A stretch of 64,000 nucleotides of DNA from Antedon mediterranea (Eukaryota; Animalia; Echinodermata), in NCBI RefSeq assembly GCF_964355755.1, contig NC_092675.1, forward strand, positions 20,308,912 to 20,372,911. The letters run 5' to 3'. A model generated the notes under the pieces. It searched no databases. It was not told the DNA's origin and saw nothing but the letters and a program-made list of their open reading frames with translations. This document shows, piece after piece, positions 20,608-41,800 of this stretch; positions within the stretch are counted from its first letter, which is position 1, and each line of letters begins with the position of its first letter. The position numbers and the translations under genes are program-made.

Positions 20608-20986
20608 GTTTCATCATCGATTGTTTCAGTCTGTTCATGGCCGTGAGTAGGCCTACCGTAATGTGAAACAAGCTGTAATTATTTGTTTTTAATGAGAGCA
20701 ATGACGACTACATCCCGATCAAATAATTTATTTATAAAAATCGGCGGACCAGCCCGAAACGTTGCAGTGACTGCTGCAGGTCAGGGGATGTTAGACATCA
20801 TTTAATGTACAGCTCTCATTTTTCTAAAAAGAGACACCCCGGTAGACGGACCAAAAAATCTAAAACATTTGCGGCAAAATGACGTCAAAAGGCGGCTTAT
20901 CAAGTATCTTGTGTGTACTGTCAAGCCGCTGCTGTTAAAGTTCCACGTCATTCATTTTGCTGTCATAGTCCTGAATGTATTCTTAA

Positions 20987-21324
20987 AGATGTATTGTCCC
21001 CCAAAAACATGATTTATTAAATCAGACTTTGAATACGTTATTTTTTAGTTTTAATAAAGTTAATCACTTCCGTAGAAAAAAAAACGAAAAAAAAAAATGT
21101 TTTCACTTATAAAAATGACAAAATAAATGGTTAAATTCAACCAAAAATCCATTGGCTGGCAGCCAAATTAACAATTTTTTTTCCTTTAAATTATTAAATT
21201 TTTTAAGGTAAATACATTTTTTTCGATCTGATTTTTTGGTAAATGTGGATAACTATTTTGTGACATTGGAATATTCAACAACAAAAAATGTCAATAATTA
21301 TTTTTTTAAGGGGACAATACATAT
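20987..21324. mobile_element. TTAA-flanked MITE (paralog 40899-41213)
   Basis: TTAA|AGATGTATTGTCCCC ... GGGGACAATACATAT|TTAA, a 15-bp near-perfect TIR. Confidence 0.75.
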
Positions 21325-24300
21325 TTAATATGTGAAAAATGTTTCCAGATTATAATATTTTGGCAAAATTGCCACGACCGGTTCTAAAAAAGTTTTATCA
21401 AGTCAACTTTATTCCAGTTTCCGTACCGAACACTAGTGCTGCACACAAACAGTTTATTCCAAAAATAAAACTTTATTTTCAAATACATATATTATATATA
21501 CAACGATATATTTAGTGTAGACAACACAATAAAACATTCTTAATATCAGGTAAAAAACAATACTGTTTCTTAATTGCTGTCCTAATGCAAATAAACACAT
21601 AATAATAATTACATACACCCTGTATATTAGTACTTAAAATATCGATAGGGGTTTTCAGTTGTTGGAGCATACTGTACATTCTGGAAACTTAATTATAAAA
21701 AGATTTTTTTAAACACATTTATTATAAATTTGTTCAATACACGCCCTTATATTGGAAGGTATGCTTGGGTGAATTAATTTGAAAAATCATTTTAAAAATA
21801 GGCCACGTACCAAATTATAACATTACATAAACTCATTACAAAAATACATTTATAGAAAATATTCAAAATAGCCTATAAGGAAGATTAGGAGCTTTTTTTC
21901 CGTTAGGGTCCTTTCATGTGACTTATCAGGATTTAATCCAAATACTCAAAAAAACTGTTTTTGTCTTTGTGAAATCGTTTAGTCTTAAAGAGATGGATAT
22001 ATTGTTTACTGTAATATTTCTGAATACGCAAACATGAATAGTAGCATCAAATACTTGGGTAACATATGGTAAGAAATGGTTGTTTTAAGAAAAAAAAAAA
22101 AAGGGGGGGTGTATAAAGGTATAAAGCACACATGCAGTGTGGGTTTTTTGTTCGAATTTAATCTAAAAACCAAATAGTAATAAATAATGTAATTAAAACT
22201 ACATCACTTGTGTAGTGGCGTGGACGAATGTAAAAATAGGAAAGTTTGCACTTTGTTCGTTACACAAACTTATACATTTTGCGCATCCACCACGAGTAAA
22301 TAACGGAATTGCACTGGGAAGGGTTTTAATACTACATCTAAATTAATTAATTATCTGCCATCTTTGATCCAATCTAAATTTTCCACTCTTAGCTGTTCGT
22401 TTTACAAATAGTACATATTTTTGCTATCACACGCGCCAATACCATGGGGTATCATAAGGGAATCTACCTATAGTAAATCAATGTAGACCTATGGATGACA
22501 TTTTTCCGAAAGAAATTGATATAGGCTACCACGGTACTCGCATCTGGTGTAATATGCCTATTGCGACATTCAGACGGCTTTTTACTATATTGGATAAATG
22601 GAACGTGTTTTATTTATTATTATTTTGATTAAACTAAAGCCACCCAAAAACTAAAAGCCATCCTGCTATAAAGCACTGATCATTTCTTCGTCGTCTAAGT
22701 TTGTAAAGGGGTTCTCAAGTGGTGTAGGCTACATGGGTTCTCGAGTGGTTAACATGTAGCTGTCCCTGCTCAACGCAGAATTGCGACACAACGCGATATC
22801 ATCACTAGATTGGATTGTCTTAAAGGGTAATTCCAGGCATTTTTTTTAAGGGGGGATTATTTCACGATGCGCGTTGTTCTTTACCGCTGACGAATAATAA
22901 AGTGGGGTTATTTAAAGTTTATATTTTATAAATTTTATCCCTGGAGTTACTTTAATTTTAATGCTTTTGTGAACGTCTTTCATCGTAGCCTTCGCATTTT
23001 ATATTTTTACATCAACCCAACCCCTTCCCCCCGCAAAACCCACGAATTTCCGATGTAACTAGCTAGTCGCAATAAATATTTGTTATTATTAATGCCGCGA
23101 AGTATCCGGTGTAATGCACTCGAGGTATCTTCTTCTCTCGAGTCGATAGGCCTTAGGGTTAATTTTTAAAACAGCAAAGTCGACAACGAAACTCCGCTGA
23201 ATACATGATATTTAGCAAGTGCCTGGGGAAATTATGATCAATTCTGCAGTGTTTTCTATTATTTTAGTTAATTTATAAAGAAAGACACTTTATCTCACAA
23301 AAGCCGACTTTTCAACAGTCACGTAAACTTAAAACGGTTAAAGAAAACTCATTTTCGTGGCCAGCAGGGTGTGTAAAACTTGTAGAATAGGCTTAGAATA
23401 TTATGCTTAATGATGCGCTTTAATATTTGACTTGTACTGAATATTCGTCGTATAATAGAAAATAATTCGATTCTCAAACAAAATCCGTTCGTGAACACGG
23501 ACCACCACGACTCTTAATTTTAGCGGTGGTGGTCTCTAGTCGACACTACTCTAACATTTGGCAAGTAGAATTTAAAATACACTGAATCTTTGGTGCGAAC
23601 AAAATAAAGAAACGGCCTCTATTCTCGTCATCTAACTTGTCTTCATCAGTGATAGTGGTTACCTTGATTCTGCTTACCTATGTTGACGTTACTTGAATAT
23701 TCAAGTACAACATTGGTTCTATTGTAATATAATATAATAATATAACAATTTATATAGCGCACATATACACTAAAAGTGCTCAAGACGCTATTACAATTGA
23801 AGTGAATACGCCCAGAAAATGTAGCACGAGAAAACCGACGTCACAGTAACACCACGAGACTAAAATCTAGGCCAAATTTCAGGGGTAGCAAGCGTGTATA
23901 AAAATCTGAATGTTCATGCAGTATTATGTTTTACAATTACGACGAATACATTTAAAGTTAGACGATGTATTCCTAGTCCGCAAGTCATATAACTCGGTTC
24001 CTATTTTTGGACGAAAGCGCACCGCCAGTAATTTGACCAATCACGTCACGATGGATCATCCGAATTGTCGCTTGTGATTGGTCAATTCACAATCCCGTTA
24101 CGCCTATGTCACACCTTGCGTTCAAATAGGAACTAAGCTTGTACGGTACTTATTTGTAAAGTTTTTTTTTGTGTATTTATTCCGCATTGCTGTTCGCCTT
24201 AAAATGTTGTTCGATCATCTGCGATATGCACAATATCATAATGGCATCAAATTTATGAATGTGATCGAGTGGGTATACTGTAGGCCTACCAGTGAGTCTT

Positions 24301-26475
24301 TTTTTTTAAACCATAGACCTACATTTCTTCTTTTTTTCTTCTTCGCCGTTTTAACTTAATTGAAACAGACTAAAGCTATAACTATGAAATTAATTAATGA
24401 TAAAATTATCGAACTGAAAAACAGAATTAATATTCTTGTAGGCCTCCATACTGTTGCATTTGTTGATACACATAAAACGAAGTAACGTTTCCAAAAAACA
24501 TGACATTAACGTATTGGAAATGGAAAAACACACCTATTAAAAGTTTTATTCAAAGTGTATTGTCCACTAGGCAAATGTTTTATTTCGCGAGAACGCAATG
24601 CGTATAAATATTTTCATCTATTGTGCTTTTTGACACGAAAAAATGACATACCGACGTACCTAACATCAGAGTTCATAGGATGTTCGATTCGCGGAAATAT
24701 ATCGCTTTGTGAAAAACGAACCCCCGACATACGTGTGTTAACACGACGCTCAGACGACTGAGCTAAATTACTGATCATTTTATCAATTACGTAATACACG
24801 TATAAATAGACTTTTATCAGCTTTTCAGTCATGTACTTGGTGGCGTAACGGGTAATGCTCAGTTTTGAGTGCTATCGGCTGGGGTTCGAACCTCGACGGA
24901 TATTTTTTTTTTATGAATATTGGTTTTTTTTTAAAAGAGAGATAGTGACACTGTATTGTCAAATATGGATGGCACCATACCGGTAAGTATTCAAATATGC
25001 TTAATCGATGTAAAAATACTTTTAAAATAATAATTCATCAATTCTCATCTTTTTCTTATCTCGTAAAAACTTTTATTACAATTCCTTGGAAGTCATAAAT
25101 AATACATCACCTGAAACCTGTAATAATATAAAATATTACACATTTTCTGTATGTAGTTTTAAGCGTATACGTACACACATTCTCATGTGTATGTCATTGC
25201 GTAAACATTGTGATGACAGCCTGGTTATGAAGACGTGTCACATGACAATCACAGTAAAATATTCACAAACCAATCCGATCGGCCTACACATTCAATGTCA
25301 TTTCATTTCATTTCATTTATTTATTTCACTTTACAACTATATAAATATACAGTGGAGGAGCCTAAAAGAAAGCAAAGCTTGTGGTGAATAGGCTTCTCAA
25401 AACAAAACAAAAATAAAATAGAAATAATATATAACACAATTAGAAACTCCAAAAAACAACAATTTAACTAATATCTTTTCTCTAACACATAAGTTTAAAA
25501 CTAAAAAACAAGTAAAAAATAGATTATATAAATTATTTTAAAAATATCCAAATATGTCATTAATAAAAGAATTTACAAAGAACCTTCAACCAATAATAGT
25601 TTAAATTGACGTTAAATAAAGCACCGTCCGTACGTATACACTTGTTGATGTGTATAAACGCACACCGTCACTGCGTACGTATACGCCTATGAATGACAGC
25701 CTCGTTATGAAGACGTGTCACATGACAAACGTCTTCAAATATTCACAAACATTCCACCAATCAACTTAGTGACTTATTTCTATTTTATATCACTGTGCTC
25801 CACTGTTGCTAAATTTGGTCCACTGAACAAGTTACCGTAGTACTATTTCTATTTCGGAAGTAAATAAAGGCATAAATGGCGCTCCGTAGAAGTAGAGAAT
25901 GTTCGATCGTCGAAATGACACTCTGAATATACCTCCACATTTTGGGGATTTGGCGTTACTGTATTTTTCCCAATCTGAGACAGGCTACAGTACAGCATAA
26001 TTTAAATTCAACGCTGACCAAAGAAGGAAGGATATTGACATTATCAATTGACAATGTTATTGTTATATCATATTTGTTTCTCAATCTTTAAATAAAATTA
26101 CCAGGATTGGTGACATTTATGGAAACTTGCGTCGTCAACTCAGAGATAGTCATTCATTTTCCGTCCGGGTACGACGGTAAGTAAGGCCACAGTTACTTGT
26201 TGCATCATGATGGAGTAATCTTCACTCCATGCTTGTGGTGGTATACTCGCTGCCTCCTGCTACCAGGCGATGTGAAAATTGTACTCGCGTCCAATAACGA
26301 CAATGGCCTTTATTTATTCGCGCGTTATTTATTACCGTTCTGCATTTTATGGCATTATCAATCAATCAACTTATCAATCAATATTGAAACACTAGTTATA
26401 GTTTATTAATTAATTAATGTTTGCGAGGAAAAAAAAGTATAAAATACACCACTAAACAATGTGTCCACATATACT

Positions 26476-26883
26476 GAGAGATACCTAAAACAAGCATGGC
26501 AATTTCGAAATGATTCACTGAATTCCATGACTCAATAACTATGTTATCTACATTGCTACATTAAGTAAATTGAAAAAAGTGGGGGGGGGGGGGGGGGAGG
26601 GGAGGAGTTGGGGGTGTCTCGTAATAAGCTGTGTTTATCAGTTGATTTTATTTTATACACTTTTACTATATCTTGTTTTGTATTCATTGTGTAAAGTAAT
26701 GATCTACTGTATGTATCGATGTAAATTGGGGGTGGGGGGGGGGGGTAGGATAGGGGTTGATAGTTGCTTTTGCCTTTTTTTACTTTTCTGTTAATTGTTA
26801 TATTTTATATTGTAAAGGATGCACCTTTGTGCTAAGTGTGCCACCGATCTAAAGGTGTCATTCCAAATAAATAAATAAAAATA
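26476..26883 (+). mobile_element. Heavily 5'-truncated LINE 3' end, unit B only
   Basis: Absent at the paralogous sites (acatatacttcgatatt at about 1881 and 56054). Flanked by ATACT repeats. Starts with an ORF end (ERYLKQAWQFRNDSLNSMTQ*), has a G-rich 3' UTR, a terminal stem-loop and a (TAAA)n tail. Confidence 0.75.
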
Positions 26884-27058
26884 ATACTTCTATATTAAAA
26901 ATCATATAATCAATCAAGCCATCAAAATATAACCAAGCCTCACCAGTAAAAATTGAAAATTATACAAAATGGAATATTATGGAGGGTATATATGAAAATA
27001 TTGTTGAAAAGTGATATTGTACTTTGAATCTTGGTGGCAACCTAATTATAGCTTTAAC

Positions 27059-27083
27059 CATGGAGGTATTTTATACCTCCATG
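27059..27083. mobile_element. 25-bp palindromic insertion with 7-bp TSD, unit B only
   Basis: CTTTAAC|CATGGAGGTAT-TTT-ATACCTCCATG|CTTTAAC. Empty site gctttaacattaa in unit A (about 2052) and unit C (about 56225). Confidence 0.85.
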
Positions 27084-28212
27084 CTTTAACATTAATAAAT
27101 ACTGTATGTCTATTGTATAACTTTAAAAAAGAAATCACAGATATATAGGAAATAATGTTTCTTTGAAGGAATAAAATGTATAGGCCTATACTTGATGTCG
27201 AACTTTCCAGACGGGTATATCGCTTTAAGCGATGCATACGCATCAACCAAAGACGAGGTTGAAACATCAGATTCCCTTATGTAAAGAAATGTCTTATCAC
27301 TGTTCATTCAAAACAGAGATACTCAAACACATTTATTTATTTTATTTGTTCTTTCTTTAAACTGAAATACACTTTCAATACAAATCTACTGATTTCCAAA
27401 GTGGTTCAGTAAACATATTTACAACAAAAATAAAATATAAAAGAAAAACAAAAAGAAAGAAAACCGATATAAAACTATTTACAATTGTGAAGGTAAAAAG
27501 GTTAATACATATATGTTTTCTATAGTGAAGATTTAAAAGTTGTCAAAGACATATTATGGAGTTCTGATTTTATGTTATTTGATAGAGAATTCCATAGTTT
27601 AGTTGATCTATAAACAAAAGTTCTTTTATTTTAGCCTGAGAGTTATTCCATGAAGTCATTATTACACATATACCCAAGCACATTATCTATGTATTTTCCA
27701 CTCTGTCTGATCTAATTAATACCCCTTTTTTTTACACTGCCAAGCTATGTGAAAGTGTTCTCTTCTTTTTATTGTATAGGTTTGCAGGTTTAATTTTTGT
27801 TTTAGTCATAGTCAATTAGTGTAGTGTAGTACAGTATATGAGGTTCTACAGCTAATTAAATATGCAAGGTCTTGTACTCACACCTCATAAATATTGGGCA
27901 GGTATGTAAACAAAGACAGATATCATGTATCAAGTTATCTTAATCTCTAGAATTCACTTCTATTAGAACATCAGTGCTGTGAACATCATAGTCTTTTCTG
28001 CAGAGTTTATTTAAAATTAACATTACCAAAACTCAATTTTGTAATTTGTTAACTGTAAGTAAAATCAATATTACAATTTTCTTGTTGATTTAACTATGTA
28101 GGTTTATGTAATGATTTAGTTTGTATTATTAACATACAGAACAGCATGTACAGTGTCACAAACACAATGTAATGGTGTGGCCAATCAGATTATAAGGGAC
28201 ATAAATTATTTT

Positions 28213-28278
28213 GGACTAGTAGGTTAGGACTAGTAGGTTAGGACTAGTAGGTTAGGACTAGCAGGTTAGGACTAGTAG
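28213..28278 (+). repeat. 14-bp minisatellite (GGACTAGTAGGTTA)n, about 4.7 copies
   Basis: Same unit and flanks as 3193-3412. Confidence 0.95.
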
Positions 28279-29617
28279 TTGAACCTGAATGAATGGCATA
28301 CTGTTACAGTGTTTTGTATAATTATTTTAGAAGGGAGAACCTGTACCTCATTAACAGTCAATGTATAAGGGTTGCAGTGTTGCGTATGTCTTTTCTTTTT
28401 GCAATTTGTAAATTTGTAATTTTTATCTTTTATTTTAAAATGTGTGGAGAAACTAATAAAACAAACAAACAAACAAAACTTTTACTTAAACCCGGTCATT
28501 CCTTGTCTTAAATGTACGTTTTATTTTATGGTAATTTTAACCATTCAAAGATGAAATTTGTTATCGCAATAGGACCATAGAGTTATTTTTACATTAAATG
28601 TAGTTTTTGACCTTAAATTGGATTTAAAAAACGTACTACTGTAGGAATGGGACTTTAAACCAAACTTGTGTCATGTCCAGATAAATTTCCATTTCACACC
28701 TGATTCAGAACCCGGAAAGTGTCAGACACTGGTTGCGTGTATTTACACTGCAAAATACTAACCCGTGTAAATGTTCTAGATTAATTGAAATATCGCCCTC
28801 TCACGCATGAAGAGAGACCCTGTAACGGTCTGCTCATTATCACCTTACTTTTTTTATGGCAATACAAACAAATTGTGTTTACTCGTGAAAAATAATATTT
28901 CTGAAAAAAAATAACGAATAAATAACTATACATTTAATTATTTAATATGTGAAAAAAGAAAAAAAATCTTTCTTAATTGTATGTAAATTAAATACTATAG
29001 TGAGCAAGGATAGCAACCAACCGGAAAAAATATGCAGGACTGTTTACACCGCGAATACGCAAGTACATAAGTTCGTTCCAGGTTGACTTGATGCGGAATA
29101 CATTGCGCATCACTTAAGGGCCTTTCACACCTTTTCCGGCATGGTTCTGGTTTGGCGAATCGAACAGCAATGTTTCGTTTTCACTATGCTCCACATGGCT
29201 ATGCGCCAATCGATATGTGCATGGCCGCGTAAAAATGAAACATTGGCTTTGCCAGCGCCAGACTGGAACCGTGCAGATGGGCCCTTTACCCGTGTGGTTC
29301 AGCGACCGCGTTGACTTTTTACCTTGTTTAAACCGGCCTGAATTTCTGCGTCCCAGGTACAATTTGGGTTACTTAATTCTGGATCAACTTGATTTGAGTT
29401 GTTATTTGTCCTAGACTCCTACTGTAAATTCAAACTATACTTTCAAATGATGTTTTTATTTACAATATAATTTTGTACACAATTTTAATTTCAGTGATTT
29501 TTTTTTATGAATGGTAGGTAATTTCTTTTTTTCAGTGACTTCTTGAGAGTGTACCAATACCCAGCGGTGGACAGCCGGGGCAAGTCAGGCTTACAGTACT
29601 TATGCCATCTATGAATA

Positions 29618-31705
29618 ATGAATTTATACAAATGTGAACATTGTGGAGATAAACTTCAAACACACCAAGAGTTTAAATTTCTTCGATGTCAAGTGAACGT
29701 TGTCAGACTTTGTCTAGATTTAAATAGTGGATGGAGCAGACATTTGGGAGAGTACACAGAAGAGACGCCATATGAATGTGTACATTGTGGAAAGAAATTC
29801 AACCAGAATGACGATCTGAAAAAACATATGAGAATACACACAGGAGAGAAACCATATGAATGTGAACATTGTGGGAAGAAATTCAACCAGAATGACGATC
29901 TGAAAAAACATATGAGAATACACAAAGAAGAGACACCATATGAATGTGAACATTGTGGGAAGAAATTCAACCGGAATGACGATCTGAAAAAACATACGAG
30001 AATACACACAGGAGAGAAACCATATGAATGTGAACATTGTGGGAAGAAGTTTAACCAGAGTGACGATCTGAAAAGACATATGAGAATACACACAGGAGAG
30101 AAACCATATGAATGTGAACATTGTGGGAAGAAATTCAACCAGAATGACGATCTGAAAAAACATATGAGAATACACACAGGAGAGAAACCATATGAATGTG
30201 AACATTGTGGAAAGAAGTTTAACCAGAGTGATGATCTAAAAAAACATTTGAAAATACACACCAGAGAGACAACATATGAATGTGAACCTTGTGGGAAGAA
30301 ATTCAACCGGAATGACAGTTTGAAAAAACATATGAGAATACACACAGGAGAGAAACCATATGAATGTGAACATTGTGGGAAGAAATTTAACCGGAATGAC
30401 AGTTTGAAAAAACATATGAGAATACACACAGGAGAGAAACCATATGAATGTGAACATTGTGGGAAGAAATTCAACCAGAATGACGATCTGAAAAAACATA
30501 TGAGAATACACACAGGAGAGAAACCATATGAATGTGAACATTGTGGGAAGAAATTTAACCGGAATGACAGTTTGAAAAAACATATGAGAATACACACAGG
30601 AGAGAAACCATATGAATATGAACATTGTGGGAAGAAATTCAACCAGAATGACGATCTGAAAAAACATATGAGAATACACACAGGAGAGAAACCATATGAA
30701 TGTGAACCTTGTGGGAAGAAATTTAACCGGAATGACAGTTTGAAAAAACATATGAGAATACACACAGGAGAGAAACCATATGAATGTGAACATTGTGGGA
30801 AGAAATTCAACCAGAATGACAATTTGAAAATTCATTTGAGAATACACACAGGAGAGAAACCATATGAATGTGAACATTGTGGGAAGAAATTCAACCACAT
30901 TGGGAATTTGAAAATTCATTTGAGAATACACACAGGAGAGAAACCATATGAATGTGAACATTGTGGGAAGAAATTCAACCACATTGGGAATTTGAGAATT
31001 CATTTGAGAATACACACAGGAGAGAAACCATATGAATGTGAACATTGTGGGAAGAAATTCAACCAGATTGGGCATTTGAAAATTCATTTGAGAATACACA
31101 CAGGAGAGAAACCATATGAATGTGAACATTGTGGGAAGAAATTCAACCGGAATGACGATCTGAAAAAACATACGAGAATACACACAGGAGAGAAACCATA
31201 TGAATGTGAACATTGTGGGAAGAAATTCAACCAGATTGGGCATTTGAAAATTCATTTGGGAATACACACAGGAGAGAAACCATATGAATGTGAACATTGT
31301 GGGAAGAAATTCAACCGGAATGACGATCTGAAAAAACATACGAGAAAACACACAGGAGAGAAACCATATGAATGTGAACATTGTGGGAAGAAATTCAACC
31401 ACATTGGGAATTTGAAAATTCATTTGAGAATACACACAGGAGAGAAACCATATGAATGTGAACAATGTGGGAAGAAATTCAACCGGAATTGGCATTTGAA
31501 AAGACATATCAGAATACACACAGGAGAGAAACCATATGAATGTGAACATTGTGGGAAGAAATTCAACCGTATTGGGAATTTAAAAATTCATTTGAGAATA
31601 CACACAGGAGAGAAACTATATGAATGTGAACATTGTGGGAAGAAATTCAACCAGAATGACGATCTGAAAAAACATGAGAATACACACAGGAGAGAAACCA
31701 TATGA
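29618..31705 (+). CDS. Tandem C2H2 zinc-finger protein paralog, 695 aa, 22 complete finger units
   Basis: N-terminal 51 aa identical to the 7111 ORF, mostly canonical TGEKP linkers. Ends through a 2-bp deletion at about 31675. Confidence 0.78.
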   Translation: MNLYKCEHCGDKLQTHQEFKFLRCQVNVVRLCLDLNSGWSRHLGEYTEETPYECVHCGKKFNQNDDLKKHMRIHTGEKPYECEHCGKKFNQNDDLKKHMRIHKEETPYECEHCGKKFNRNDDLKKHTRIHTGEKPYECEHCGKKFNQSDDLKRHMRIHTGEKPYECEHCGKKFNQNDDLKKHMRIHTGEKPYECEHCGKKFNQSDDLKKHLKIHTRETTYECEPCGKKFNRNDSLKKHMRIHTGEKPYECEHCGKKFNRNDSLKKHMRIHTGEKPYECEHCGKKFNQNDDLKKHMRIHTGEKPYECEHCGKKFNRNDSLKKHMRIHTGEKPYEYEHCGKKFNQNDDLKKHMRIHTGEKPYECEPCGKKFNRNDSLKKHMRIHTGEKPYECEHCGKKFNQNDNLKIHLRIHTGEKPYECEHCGKKFNHIGNLKIHLRIHTGEKPYECEHCGKKFNHIGNLRIHLRIHTGEKPYECEHCGKKFNQIGHLKIHLRIHTGEKPYECEHCGKKFNRNDDLKKHTRIHTGEKPYECEHCGKKFNQIGHLKIHLGIHTGEKPYECEHCGKKFNRNDDLKKHTRKHTGEKPYECEHCGKKFNHIGNLKIHLRIHTGEKPYECEQCGKKFNRNWHLKRHIRIHTGEKPYECEHCGKKFNRIGNLKIHLRIHTGEKLYECEHCGKKFNQNDDLKKHENTHRRETI

Positions 31706-38836
<7,131 letters not shown>

Positions 38837-41800
38837 ACATTGTGGGAAGGAATTGTTCATTGATAATTAAGTTTTGTGATCTTTTTTCTCTTTAATTGTT
38901 TTATATTTTCAATATCATTGAGTATAGGCCTAACTAATATATCTTATCAGCCCTGTCTACACTATCAAACTTTATGAGACTAAAATGTGTAGACATAGCT
39001 TTAGAGAACTTTTTTGTGATTGTTTTTTTTTCTTTTGATGTTTTATTTTCTGTTTAAAAATAAGTTTTTTGAGCTGTGATCGTTGCATATTTTATATATG
39101 TTTGTTGAATTCAACATAAAGATATTGTACGATGTGTTTATGAATAAATATACAGTACCTTGAATTATTATATTGTGGGTTTTTCTCGATATACCTTCAT
39201 CCTTTAAATCTTTTATAAAAAAAAAGCACCATTATTATAAAGAAGGTCCATCTGTTTTTATTTTGTGAATATTCTGTGAGACTTGACTAAAAAAACCATG
39301 TTTTGTGGCATATGATGTCATCGTATGTACAGTAAGCTAATGTGAGCCTTTTCTCCATGATTACTTTAGTATGCGAACTCAACCAATCCAATTCTTGAAA
39401 TTTAAGAAATTATTGTAAAAAATATAGTAACACTTTATAAAAACTTTTTTGAAATTATTTATTACAATAATGCATATGTATTTAAACAAATAGAGAGACT
39501 AGGCATCAGAATCTTTGCACATTTCTATTTCTGACATGGTAACGTAAATATTCTTAAAATTGAGGGCGCCAAACATAAAAAATTTAGGAGATCGAAAGGA
39601 AGCGGGAAGTCCCAAAGAAAAATAAAATTATGGTGTGCTCCCTTCTAGCACGATATGGCTCTCTCACAGCCATGGGGGTACCACGACATCAAATGCTTTG
39701 ATGTTAACGCCTTATGATGTGTGGGGGGGGGGGGGGACGTTTAAATTTGTGAACCCTAAACACAGAAGCTCGCATAGCTTTAACTCTATTCCACTGACCG
39801 ACAGGATCAATTCGATCCCATGCACTCGTGTTATCAACATGACGCTCTGCCACCCTCTAGTTTATCGCAAGGCTAAAACTAGATTCGTTTTTTGTCAAAA
39901 TTACGTCATGAAAATGCAAATTTATGACGTAATGATTAGTATGAAGCGCGTATAATACTATACTATTGTCACCCTTCATTACTCGTGCACATTGTTGCAT
40001 AACGGATAGTGCTCTATTAACTATCGTTTGAATTCTCTCAATTCTAATAGCTGGGGTTCAACGATTCTCTACGGATTTAAAAAAAAAAGTAAATATAAAT
40101 TGTTTTTCTCTGATTTTGAAGGAGAGATATTTAGAGAGTCAAGTTAATTTAGGATATATATATTTCCATATTTCTAACTGCAGGCTGGAATACATTAGAC
40201 ATAGAGAAAGTATTCAAATTGTCATTAGGGTAGCCACGCCTCCAGTATGGCATGGTCCCTCCTTCTGGTTATCTGAGGGCGAACGTCACTTCAGTGTTGG
40301 CAGCTGGCGATAATTTTAATACACTGTTTTGTACATCGACTATAAACAAATGATTATGAAACGGTAGACAATTCCGTTTAGATATTTATTAGCTGTAATT
40401 TTGGTCGAAATGAAAGAGAAACTTTCAAGAAACAACCAAGAAAACCTCACCTTTCACTGTGTTTAGTGTTTTCATTGCTTACGTTTCATCAGGGAGGTAT
40501 AAAATGTTATACCTCCCTGGTTTCATCATCGATTGTTTCAGTCTGTTCATGGCCGTGAGTAGGCCTACCGTAATGTGAAACAAGCCGTAATTATTTGTTT
40601 TTAATGAGAGCAATGACGACTAAATCCCGATCAAATAATTTATTTATAAAAATCGGCGGACCAGCCCGAAACGTTGCAGTGACTGCTGCAGGTCAGGGGA
40701 TGTTAGACATCATTAATGTACAGCTCTCATTTTTCTAAAAAGAGACACCCCGGCAGACGGACCAAAAAATCTAAAACATTTGCGGCAAAATGACGTCAAA
40801 AGGCAGCCTATCAAGTGTCTTGTGTGTACTGTCAGAGCCGCTGCTATTAAAGTTCCACGTCATTCATTTTGCTGTCCTTTTCCTGAATGTATTCTTAAAG
40901 ATGTATTGTCTCCCAAAAACATGATTAATTAAATCAGACTTTGAATACGTTATTTTGTAGTTTTAATAAAGTTAATCACTTCCGTAGAAAAAAAAACGAA
41001 AAAAAAAATGTTTTCACTTATAAAAATGACAAAATAAATGGTTAAATTCAACCAAAAATCCATTGGCTGGCAGCCAAATTAACATTTTTTAAGGTAAATA
41101 CATTTTTTTCGATCTGATTTTTTGGTAAATGTGGATAACTATTTTGTTACATTAAAATGGAATATTCAACAAAAAATGTCAATAATTCTTTTTTTGAGGG
41201 GGACAATACATATTTAATATGTGAAAAATGTTTCCAGATTATAATATTTTGGCAAAATTGCCACGACCGGTTCTAAAAAAGTGTTATCAAGTCAACTTTA
41301 TTCCAGTTTCCGTACCGAACACTAGTGCTGCACACAAACAGTTTATTCCAAAAATAAAACTTTATTTTCAAATACATATATATAGATATATACAACGATA
41401 TATTTAGTGTAGACAACACAATAAAACATTCTTAATATCAGGTAAAAAATAATACTGTTTCTTAATTGCTGTCCTAATGCAAATAAACACATAATAATAA
41501 TTACATACACCCTGTATATTAGTACTTAAAATATCGATAGGCTTTTTCAGTTGTTGAGGCATACTGTACATTCTGGAAACTTAATTATAAAAATATTTTT
41601 TTAAACACTTTTATTATAAATTTGTTCAATACACGCCCTTATATTGGAAGTTATGCTTGGTTGAATTAATTTGAAAAATCATTTTAAAGATAGGCCACGT
41701 ACAAAATTATAACATTACATAAACTCATTACAAAAATACATTTATAGAAAATATTCAAAATAGCCTATAAGGAAGATTAGGAGCTTTTTTCCGTTAGGGT

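Noticed and set aside
20637-20648. ATGGCC|GTGAGT as a start micro-exon for the next ZNF gene
   Set aside because: Phase-0 splicing to the acceptor before the ZF exon gives an immediate TGA, and no intermediate coding exon could be identified.
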